Shown: piece by piece, positions 50,197-59,700 of the stretch
Layout of the letters: the number at the start of each line of letters is the position of its first letter
Position numbering within the stretch: the first letter of the stretch is position 1
NCBI GenBank assembly: GCA_965215765.1
Contig: OZ244118.1
Span: 175,292-239,291, forward strand
Reading direction: 5' to 3'
Origin: an uncultured candidatus Porisulfidus sp.
Lineage (GTDB): Bacteria; Pseudomonadota; Gammaproteobacteria; Poriferisulfidales; Oxydemutatoraceae
DNA length: 64,000 nucleotides
Program-made: the position numbers and the translations under genes
Notes under the pieces: generated by a model
What the model saw: only the letters and a program-made list of their open reading frames with translations
What the model was told of the DNA's origin: nothing
The model's database searches: none

Positions 50197-52491
50197 GTGT
50201 TAGTAGACAGTTATGGGTTTTTTGCGGCTTGCAGGAAAATTGCTTGCCTTTCCATTTTGCTTGCATTCTCGTCGAGTGCCCAAGCGATATTTGTAACGAC
50301 ACCAGTCGATGTCACTTTCGAAGAATCACCGTCAACAATAACAGAAATGTTTGGCTCCGCCCAAGAGAACAGTTTTCTGATCAAAAAATTGACAATTACA
50401 AATGGTAGTGCGCAGACTAAATGGAGCATAGGGGATGGGGATGGGGAGCCGAAATATGGTAGAGCCGACTTTATCAGTTCCACCGCACGTTCGGATGCCA
50501 CTACCGTAACCGTGACCCTTACGACCATGGGGGAGACAGTTGTTGTCAGGTACAAGTTGCGTGATGATCCCGCTCCCAGTGGAAGTGGTGATGTAGGTAC
50601 ACTTGATCAATTTGACGTGATTATTGAGGATGATACAAGTAAAACCAAGGTGATTGCTCTTGTTGGTATCCGTAACAATCCGCCAATAGTACGTGATTCC
50701 AAAGGAGCAGAGATTACCGACCCTACATCCGTTGGTATATCTGCAGCTACGTATGTTGTTGGTGGGGTGAGTACGGCTGTGTTCACGGCATACGAAAAGC
50801 AAGGTGAAGGTGTGGTTGGTACTGCTCCTTACCTTAGGTGGTCAATTTATAGTGTTAACGAAGGCTCTACCGTGTCCTTTTCCAATGGTGAGCAAACCAC
50901 TACGGGTCTTCAAACTACCTCAGAAATAGAGGTGGTGTATAGAAGCTCCCAGGATGAAAACATCGAAAATGCAGGGTATACACTGGTGGTGAAAGACACC
51001 ATTGGCAGAGCAGCCACCGTTACTGTGTCGCTCATGCCGGAGCCCCCGGTGATTAGTACGTATGAAGGTTCTCCGGTTGAAAATGGCGTATTAAGTATTG
51101 ATGTGCGTGAGTCTGCTTTTGGTGATCGAGGGTTTAAGTTTAGGCTTTCAGCTGAGTATGCCTGCCCGACGACGCTTCCGGCATGTTTGAAATGGAATGC
51201 CGAAAGTGAAACTGCAGAAGTATCTGTAGACCCTACTGCCGCTGCAATGGCGGGAGCCCCACTTACAGTCACAGTCCAAAGACCAGACAGTTCGCCAGTT
51301 TCTTTCCAGGTTAAGGTTAGAGTTTTGGATAACTCCGACGATACACTCTTGAATCGTGAAATCACTGTTAACGTAACGGTTATAGAGAACATGCCGCCCG
51401 AAATTGTGTCGATAGACGGGCGGACAGATACAACGGTGTTCACTGTTTCGACAAATTTAGAAACCGTGCGATTTCCTGTCGTTGCTGCTGATGATTTTGA
51501 ACCGGAAAGCTTGACATGGGAGATTTCCAATGCTGCGGGTTCAGGCAAAGGCACCGCCAGCTTCGTCGTGGGGGATGGGATGCTGCCGTCAACAACCGCC
51601 AGGGGGACAACGGTCGTTGTCAGCTTTGTGAGATCGTCGCCTGTAAGCACGACAGGGTCGTCATTCACACTCACCGTGATGGATACTGAGGGGCTTATGG
51701 ATACGGCTACGGTGACAGTTAATCCGAGTGAGTCTCCCACTATTCCGACACAGGTGCCGAATGCTGGGTTGCTTGGTGGATGGCGAGATATGGTTGTAAT
51801 GCCGGTGGCTTCAAGCCAGGTTGTGATACTCAGGGCAGAAGACTTTGGACTTGGGGAAAAAGCAGCTCTGGAGTGGGAAGTTACAAATCTTTTCGGTCTT
51901 GATTTTGATAGCACAAATAGCAAGACCATGGGGTCAGAAGGCAGGCTTGTGTTCAGGTTGGCTGATCCAAGGACGCAACTTACCGGCAGATTCACTGTTG
52001 AGGTAACAAATTCCTACGGAGAAAAAACCAGTAGGCGGATTACGCTTAGCGGAGAAAATGAGCCTCCCGTAGTAACGTACCGGGTCGGTGATGTGTCTTC
52101 CAGCCGCAGTGGGACTGGAGGAACGATAGCCTTGCCGGAGAGTGCGTTGACAATGATCATGTTTAGTGCCGACGATCCAGTTGGTCAGCCTGTAGCGGGT
52201 TCCACATTCACGTGGACATTAGTGGGTCAGGATGTCGCCTTGACAGCATCTTTCGTCGGAGTAATGCCTGAAACGAGCCGCGAAACCACAGGGAAGAGTG
52301 TTGTCGTTCAGTTCGTGAGGGGGGCACCCGGGGTGGAAAGCTCTTTTATTATTGAGGTCAGCGATGGTCGTGATAATGATGAAACGGGTGGAAACGGCAC
52401 CAATCGCATAACCGTGAATATAGTGCCCATGGAGGCGGGGCAGGTAGGGCAGCTCAGGGTCAGAACGTTTCTGGGTGGTGCCGTCCGCTGA
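50197..52491 (+). CDS. Large secreted Ig/cadherin-like repeat protein A (C-terminal ...FLGGAVR tail)
   Basis: 764 aa. GTG start with GGAGGG upstream. Signal peptide ...CLSILLAFSSSAQA|IF. Repeated beta-rich modules separated by N(N/M/E)PP(I/E/V)V motifs. Tail is QLRVRTFLGGAVR-stop. Family unassigned. Confidence 0.8.
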   Translation: MLVDSYGFFAACRKIACLSILLAFSSSAQAIFVTTPVDVTFEESPSTITEMFGSAQENSFLIKKLTITNGSAQTKWSIGDGDGEPKYGRADFISSTARSDATTVTVTLTTMGETVVVRYKLRDDPAPSGSGDVGTLDQFDVIIEDDTSKTKVIALVGIRNNPPIVRDSKGAEITDPTSVGISAATYVVGGVSTAVFTAYEKQGEGVVGTAPYLRWSIYSVNEGSTVSFSNGEQTTTGLQTTSEIEVVYRSSQDENIENAGYTLVVKDTIGRAATVTVSLMPEPPVISTYEGSPVENGVLSIDVRESAFGDRGFKFRLSAEYACPTTLPACLKWNAESETAEVSVDPTAAAMAGAPLTVTVQRPDSSPVSFQVKVRVLDNSDDTLLNREITVNVTVIENMPPEIVSIDGRTDTTVFTVSTNLETVRFPVVAADDFEPESLTWEISNAAGSGKGTASFVVGDGMLPSTTARGTTVVVSFVRSSPVSTTGSSFTLTVMDTEGLMDTATVTVNPSESPTIPTQVPNAGLLGGWRDMVVMPVASSQVVILRAEDFGLGEKAALEWEVTNLFGLDFDSTNSKTMGSEGRLVFRLADPRTQLTGRFTVEVTNSYGEKTSRRITLSGENEPPVVTYRVGDVSSSRSGTGGTIALPESALTMIMFSADDPVGQPVAGSTFTWTLVGQDVALTASFVGVMPETSRETTGKSVVVQFVRGAPGVESSFIIEVSDGRDNDETGGNGTNRITVNIVPMEAGQVGQLRVRTFLGGAVR

Positions 52492-52604
52492 GAAATTGAC
52501 CTTGGTGCCCTTCGGGTGGGCAATATGTTTACCAGATGGCGTGGCTTTGGTCTCGGTTCCTGTACGGGAACCAGCAGATAAAGCGATAGCCTTGGCGAGG
52601 TTTT

Positions 52605-53650
52605 AACGCAGGAACAAACAGCCACAAAAGGCTGGTTCCCTGTTTTGAGGCACCGGTCAATCTGGCTTACTCGCGGCGAAATCGCTCGGCTGCGATACGT
52701 GTCCCGTTGGTCAACTCCCAGAAGGAAACGCATGTTGAAATCCGTTTCCCAGATGCGCTTGGCAATCCCTGTTTGACTTTTGCTTCCATTCTGAAACATT
52801 GCCAGCGTGTGCGGCAGCCTGCCAGAGGCACTTGCGGCACTGAACAGTGATCGCGGGTTTCTCAAAACAGGCAATGTGTTTTCAGATGTCATGATTGATG
52901 GCTGCATCGCATTAAAAATGCAGGAAATAAACCGGTTTCGAGCTTCTACCCATCCCCTGGAGTTCGGCATGTACTACTGTTGCTAAAGCGTCTCTCGCAG
53001 ACAGCGTTGCGAGCAGAAAGCACCTACGTCTGCGTGTAACACGAATTCTTGAGCCAGGGTGCGTCGCCTCCCGGTTCTGAACAGGCCAAAAGCTCCGCCG
53101 CCAATCAGACACTGCTTTTTCCTGATGGTCTCGTCAGAGGCACCCCCACTCGTCATTGGCACTTGCGGCACTGAACAGTGATCGCGGGTTTCTCAAAAAA
53201 GGCAATGTGTTTTCAGATGACATGATTGATGGTTGCATCGCATTAAAAATGCAGGAAATAAACCGGTTTCGAGCTTCCACCCATCCCCAGGAGTTCGACT
53301 TGTACCACTGTTGCTAAAGCGTCTCTCGCAGACAGCGTTGCAAGCAGAAAGCACCCACGTCTGCGTGTAACACGAATTCTTGAGCCGGGGTGCGTCGCCT
53401 CCCGGTTCTGAACAGGCCAAAAGCTCCGCCGCCAATCAGACACTGCTTCTTCCTGATGGCCTCGTCAGAAGCACCCCCACTCGTCATTGACACTTGCGGC
53501 ACTGAACAGTGATCGCGGGTTTCTCAAAAAAGGCAATGTGTTTTCAGATGTCATGATTGATGGCTGCATCGCATTAAAAATGCAGGAAATAAACCGGTTT
53601 CGAGCTTCCACCCATCCTTTTGAGTTCGACATTTACTACAGCTGCTAGGG
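52605..53650 (+). pseudogene. Three tandem glnA 3'-end fragments plus spacer (331 bp period)
   Basis: The first copy starts at the glnA NAGTNSYKRLVPGFEAP equivalent and has an internal deletion. Anchors (g/a)cacttgcggcactgaacagtgatcg occur at 52828, 53159 and 53490. Each copy ends ...MQEINRFRAS.HP.EF..YY.C-stop. Confidence 0.9.
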
Positions 53651-53928
53651 CGTTTCTCGCAGACAGCGTTGCAAGCAGAAAGTGCCCACGTCTGCGTGTA
53701 ACACGAATTCTTGAGCCAGGGTGCGTCGCCTCCCGGTTCTGAACAGATCAAAAGTGCCGCCGCCAATCGGACACTGCTTCTTCCTGACAGCTTCGTCAGA
53801 GGCACCCCCACTCGTCATTTCGGTCGCTCTTGGGTGATACAGGGTTGACGCAACGCAGTATTTCCCTCTTTGGCCAATCGTCTGTCCGGTTGTTGCCATC
53901 AGAGGGCTCTTGCGAGGCGGGCTGGTGT

Positions 53929-54827
53929 TTAGCGTTTTTTAATCAGTTCTTGCAAAGTCTTTTTTTCTTCGAGACTGAGTTCTGTTGCTTCAGCTTTCTT
54001 GATCAGCGCTTCCAGCAGACCGGCGACTTTTTCCGGCTCGAGGGCGTCCTTTACCTCTGAAGGCTTATGCAGCAGATATGTGATGGCCACGCGCGCCGAG
54101 TTGTACTGGTGTTGCCGGGATAGCTTCTGTGGAGATGTCTGCATCAAAGTCCGGGGCGGGTTGGTGTTTAGCGTTTTTTAATCAGTTCTTGCAAAGTCTT
54201 TTTTTCTTCGAGACTGAGTTCTGTTGCTTCAGCTTTCTTGATCAGCGCTTCCAGCAGACCGGCGACTTTTGCCGGCTCGAGGGCGTCCTTTACCTCTGAA
54301 GGCTTATGCAGCAGATATGTGATGGCCACGCGCGCCGAGTTGTACTGGTGTTGCCGGGATAGCTTCTGTGGAGATGTCTGCATCAAAGTCCGGGGCGGGT
54401 TGGTGCTTAGCGTTTTTTAATCAGTTCTTGCAAAGTCTTTTTTTCTTCGAGACTGAGTTCTGCCGCTTCAGCTTTCTTGATCAGTGCATCCAGCCTGGTC
54501 GTCTGCACGTGATTTTCAAGTGCTTTCATGGAATCTCCAAACTCGTCCCGGGTCGGAGCCTTCTCGTTCAGCAGTTCCAGGAGACGCTGGTAGTGTTTGT
54601 GGTCACTCAGAAGTTGCAACAAAGCCCCGGTACTGGCCGGCTGCCGGCTTTTTATCGTGCTGACGATTTCTGTCAGCAGACCGGCGACTTTTGTCTGCTC
54701 GAGGGCGTCCTTTACCTCTGAGGCTTATGCAGAAGATATGTGATGGCCACGCGCGCCGAGTTGTACTGGTGTTGCCGGGATGGCTTCTGTGGAGATGTCT
54801 GCATCAAAGTCCGGGGCGGGTTGGTGC
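53929..54827 (-). repeat. Three tandem dnaG 3'-end fragments (239, 239, 421 bp units)
   Basis: ttagcgtttttt(t)a(a)tcagttcttgcaaag (stop plus ...KKTLQELIKKR) occurs at 53929, 54168, 54407 and at the genuine gene end 54828. The units are mosaics of dnaG C-terminal coding segments. Confidence 0.9.
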
Positions 54828-56543
54828 TTAGCGTTTTTTTATCAGTTCTTGCAAAGTCTTTTTTTCTTCGAGACTGAGTTCTGCCGCTTCAGCTTTCTTG
54901 ATCAGTGCATCCAGCCTGGTCGTCTGCACGTGATTTTCAAGTGCTTTCATGGAATCTCCAAACTCGTCCCGGGTCGGAGCCTTCTCGTCCAGCAGTACCA
55001 GGAGACGCTGGTAGTGTTTGTGGTCACTCAGAAGTTGCAACAAAGTCCCGGTACTGGCTGGCTGCCGGCTTTTTATCGTGCTGACGATTTCTGCCAGCAG
55101 TCTGGTACCTTTTATTCCGGTTTTCGCTATGACCGCAGGCTCGAGGGCGTCCTTTACTCCTGAAGGCTTATGCAGCAGATATGTGATGGCCACGCGCGCA
55201 GAGTTGTACTGGTGTTGCCGGGATGACTTCTGTGGAGACGCCTGCATCAAAGCCCGGGGGGACGGTCGGATCGCGAGTTCTGCTGCTGGCAGACCGGCTT
55301 TTTTGGCAAGCTCCTCCGTGAGAAAGTTTTTGAAAATGGTCTTTGGCAACGGGTGAAGCAATTTTTTGGCACGTGCAACGAGCTGTGTGCGACCTTCCAG
55401 ATTTTCCAGCAACACGCCTGCCGCAAGATTTTGCAAGACAAAGCGTGACAGCGGTACTGCCCGGTTGGAGTCAAATGCAGATGGCCCTTGTTCCTTCACC
55501 AGATCGTCAGGATCCTGGTTTTCCGGAAGCGAGAAAAATCGCACATCTTTCCCGTCTTTGAATAGTGGCAGCAAAACCGTGGATGCGGCCAAAGCGGCTC
55601 GTTGTCCCGCAGCATCACCGTCAAAGCAGAAGATGATCTTGTCGGACATTCTGAACAGGCTTGATATGTGGTAGGCGGTTGCTGCGGTGCCCAGCGTGGC
55701 AACGCAGTTTCTCATGCCATGCGAGGCAAGAGAGACCACGTCCATATAGCCTTCAACCACCCACACTTCGTTGGAGCTTTTTATGGTACTGGCTTCTAGA
55801 ACCCCATAAAGTTCGCGGCGTTTTTGGAACAACGGGGTTTCGGGAGAGTTAAGGTATTTGGCAAGCGCACTCTCATCTAGCGCCCGACCACCAAAAGCGA
55901 TGACGCGTCCGCGCCGATCACGAATCGGAAACATCAGGCGATTAAAAAAGCGGTCGTAGCAAGTTCTTCCTTTTATGACCACCAGGCCGGCAAGTTCCAA
56001 AAGGCGCATGTCAAAATCCTTTGCCAGCTGTGTGGCAAGTGTGTTTCTTCCATGTGGGGCATAGCCGATCATGAAGTCCAGGGTGGTTGCCGGGTCAATT
56101 TGTCGGGAACGAAGGTAGTTTTTGGCTGTGGAGCTCCGGGACAACGCGTCCTGATAAAAAAGCGCGGCTTTTTCGAGTGCTTTGAACAGGTCTTCTGTGT
56201 GTTTTTTCGATCGCTCTGTCTGCGCCGGTGAAGCACCGCTGCGAGGCACAGTCATGCCATAACGATCTGCCAAGGATTCGATCGTTTCAACGAAGCTCAG
56301 GTTTTGATACTCCATGAGGAAGCGAATGATGTTGCCCCCTACGCCACAGCCGAAGCAGTGGTAAAACTGTTTGTCCCGGTCGACGGTGAAAGATGGGGTC
56401 TTTTCCTGGTGGAAGGGGCAGCACGCTTTGTAGCTGTTCCCTCGCCGTTTCAGGGGAACAAACTCTTCGATGACGTCAACAATGTCGGCTCGGGAAACCA
56501 GGTCGTTGATAAACTGCTCAGAAATTCTGCCGCGTTGTGCCAT
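54828..56543 (-). CDS. dnaG: DNA primase
   Basis: ORF is open to 56591. The ATG at 56543 gives MAQRGRISEQFINDLVSRADIVDVIEEFV.LKR.G..YKACCPFH.EKTPSF (Zn-ribbon), then TOPRIM (VVEGYMDVV, FDGD.AG). Confidence 0.93.
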   Translation of the reverse strand: MAQRGRISEQFINDLVSRADIVDVIEEFVPLKRRGNSYKACCPFHQEKTPSFTVDRDKQFYHCFGCGVGGNIIRFLMEYQNLSFVETIESLADRYGMTVPRSGASPAQTERSKKHTEDLFKALEKAALFYQDALSRSSTAKNYLRSRQIDPATTLDFMIGYAPHGRNTLATQLAKDFDMRLLELAGLVVIKGRTCYDRFFNRLMFPIRDRRGRVIAFGGRALDESALAKYLNSPETPLFQKRRELYGVLEASTIKSSNEVWVVEGYMDVVSLASHGMRNCVATLGTAATAYHISSLFRMSDKIIFCFDGDAAGQRAALAASTVLLPLFKDGKDVRFFSLPENQDPDDLVKEQGPSAFDSNRAVPLSRFVLQNLAAGVLLENLEGRTQLVARAKKLLHPLPKTIFKNFLTEELAKKAGLPAAELAIRPSPRALMQASPQKSSRQHQYNSARVAITYLLHKPSGVKDALEPAVIAKTGIKGTRLLAEIVSTIKSRQPASTGTLLQLLSDHKHYQRLLVLLDEKAPTRDEFGDSMKALENHVQTTRLDALIKKAEAAELSLEEKKTLQELIKKR

Positions 56544-56750
56544 AGGGTTCAGTGAGCTTTGAGCCGCGTGGAAGGCTTTGCCACTTGCCAACCAGATTCT
56601 GCTCCCGATGAGCAGTGCGGCTCAGCACGCTCAAGAAGGGAAACTGGTTCGATTTTCCACACTGCAAGCAACAGCCGGAAAAGGGTTTTTATAACTTGGG
56701 GACAGGCAAGCTGTGGCTGCAGGGCACTGTTTCCGGAAACAGCAGCGCAA

Positions 56751-59700
56751 CTAGGCAGCTTCGAGCAGACTGTCAAGCAGGGTTTCAAGCTCTGTGGCTT
56801 TGGGCTTGACGAACCAGAATTTGGGCAGCAACATGCCGAACTCGGCACTGATGTTCTGACCCCATTGGCTGTTGGTCTTGCTTACGTGTTCATGGATGCA
56901 ACGATACAGATATTCTACGTAAGACTCCATAATTTCAGTATCCAGCCGGTTAATTTCTACCAGCTCCCGGTTGTATCGGTCACTGAAATTTTGCTCCTGA
57001 TCAAAAACAAATGCCATACCACCTGTCATTCCAGCCCCGAAATTAACGCCGGTTCTTCCGAGCACGACGACTGCGCCGCCGGTCATGTACTCGCAAGCAT
57101 GGTCTCCCGTTCCTTCAACGACTGCAATCGTCCCGGAGTTTCGAACCGCAAAGCGTTCTCCGGCTGTTCCGGCGGCAAAGCACTTGCCACCCGTCGCCCC
57201 ATAAAGGCAGGTGTTTCCCATAATCGGTGTTTCCTGGCTGAGGGTTCGAGCCAAGTGCGGCGGCAATAAAACCAGTTCCCCGCCCGCCATGCCTTTGCCA
57301 ACGTAGTCATTGGCATCCCCTTCCAGGCGCAGATTCAGCCCGGCAGAGTTCCACGCTCCGAAGCTTTGTCCGGCGGTTCCTTCAAACTTTACCGTAATGG
57401 GCGTGTCAGCCAAACCTTTTTTGCCGTGGTGTTTGGCAATTTCTCCAGATATGAGTGCGCCTATGGAGCGGTCTGTATTGAAGATTTCATAACGATACTC
57501 CCCACCATGGCCGGCAATGATCGCCTCGCCCATATCCTTCAGCATGCGATTTGCCAGTCTGGCCTGATCCGAGGGCGGGTTTCCCGACTCTGTGCAAAAC
57601 ACGGGGTATTGTGTGCTTTCTGTCTTGTCCAGGAGCACGTCTGCAGAAAGATTCCGCAAGCGCGGGTTCGTGGTTTTTGTCTCTTCGAGCAACTCGGTTT
57701 TGCCAATCAGGTCTGTAAAATTTCTGACCCCCAGAAGTGCCATCCATTCACGCAACTCTTCTGCGACGAATCTGAAATAGTTTATAACCATTTCCTTTTT
57801 ACCGATAAAGTGCAGGCGTCTCAACACGCTGTTTTGGGTTGCCACACCGGTCGCGCAATTGTTCAAGTGGCAAATTCGCAGGTATTTGCATCCCATGGCA
57901 ATCATGGGGGCGGTTCCAAACCCGAAGCTCTCCGCGCCAAGGATGGCGGCTTTCACAATATCCAGGCCGGTTTTAAGGCCGCCATCGGTTTGCAGTCGGA
58001 TTTTATGACGCAGGCCGTTAGCGATCAGGGCGTTGTGCGTTTCACGCAGTCCGAGTTCCCATGGCCCGCCAGCGTATTTGATGCTGCTCAAGGGGCTTGC
58101 GCCGGTACCCCCGTCGTAACCGGATATCGTAATCAAGTCTGCGTATGCTTTGGCAACTCCGACGGCAACTGTTCCCACTCCAATTTGGGCAACCAGCTTG
58201 ACCGAAACCAAAGCTGCGGGGTTGACCTGCTTCAAATCGAAAATCAGTTGCGCCAAGTCTTCAATGGAATAAATGTCGTGATGTGGTGGTGGGGAAATCA
58301 GGGATATGCCAGGCTTTGAAAACCGGAGTTTCGCAATCATGTCGTTAACTTTGTGCCCCGGCAGTTGCCCACCTTCGCCAGGTTTTGCGCCTTGGGCAAT
58401 TTTTATTTGCAGAACTTCCGCGTTTACCAGGTAGTACGGCGTAACGCCGAAGCGACCCGAAGCGATCTGCTTGATTTTTGAATTTTTTGGCGTGTTGAAG
58501 CGTAACGATGATTCTCCGCCCTCGCCTGAGTTTGAGCGACCTCCCAGTGCATTCATTGCTTCGGCAAGCGTTTCATGTGCTTCAGGTGAAAGCGCGCCCA
58601 GCGACATGCCGGCGGAATCAAAGCGCGGCAAGATGGTTTCCGCAGACTCGACCTCAGACAAAGGAATTCCGGCCTCAGGCAGTTTCAGAGCCAACAAATC
58701 ACGCAGCACCATAGGCTGGCGCTGATTCACGTGAGCTGCGAACACTTTATATTGTTCGTAGTCTCCGCTACTTGCGGCAGCGCGCAGGGACATGACAACC
58801 TGCGGGTTGAAAGCGTGGAACTCACCCTCTCCGTGATATTTCAAAAGTCCGCCTGGACGGATGTTACGGTGCGGGTTCCAGGTGCGGCGTGCCAGATCAA
58901 CCTGGTCTTGGTGCAGGTCGGAAAACTTCATGCCTTGTAAGCGGGGGGATGTGCTGGCAAAGCAGAGTTCCAGTATCTCCTGGTGCAAGCCGACAATTTC
59001 GAACAACTGCCCACCACGGTAGCTGGTGATGGCGGAAATTCCCATTTTCGAGAGGATTTTATACAGCCCCTTGTTGATGGCCTTACGATATGTCCGTCCG
59101 GCAACGTTTCTCTTGTCAATGGATGCCGGATCTTTCTTGAATTGCAAAGCGTGCAGTATCTGGTACGTCAGGTAAGGGTGTATGGCGGTGGCACCACTGC
59201 CGATCAAAATTGCAAAGTGATGGGGATCCCGAACCCAGCCAGTGTTGATCACGATGTTGACCCGGCAGCGAAGCCCTGCGCGGATGAGTCTGTGGTGCAA
59301 AGCCCCGCAGGCCAGCAGGGAGTGCATGGGAATGTACCCTTTGCGTATGTTCTGGTCGCTGAGCACCAGAAGGCGAACGCCGTTTTCCTGTACGGCACGG
59401 ATGGCACTGTCACACAGTGCGAGTAACCCGGATTGCAGGCTGAGCTCTTCACGTATATTGAGATCAAAAATCTGATGTTTCAGATAGCCGACCGGGTTTT
59501 CCAGAAGAGCGTTGTATTTGTGTTCGGAAAGCACGGGAGAATCCAGTGCCAGCCGCCGGGCGTGTTCCGGCCTTTCCACAAAGGGATTGGCTTCCTCGCC
59601 GAATGAGGTTTCCAGAGACATTACGATTTTCTCTCGCAAAGAATCGATCGGAGGATTCGTGACTTGCGCAAAAATCTGTCTGAAGTTGTCGAAAAGCGAG

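Noticed and set aside
50910-51995. 361-aa ORF on the minus strand
   Set aside because: It is antisense to Ig-like protein A. It is a Ser/Thr/Val-rich mirror of the sense frame and has no motifs.
56559-58319. 236-aa and 317-aa plus-strand ORFs
   Set aside because: Both are antisense to gltB, whose sense frame has unambiguous glutamate synthase homology along its whole length.
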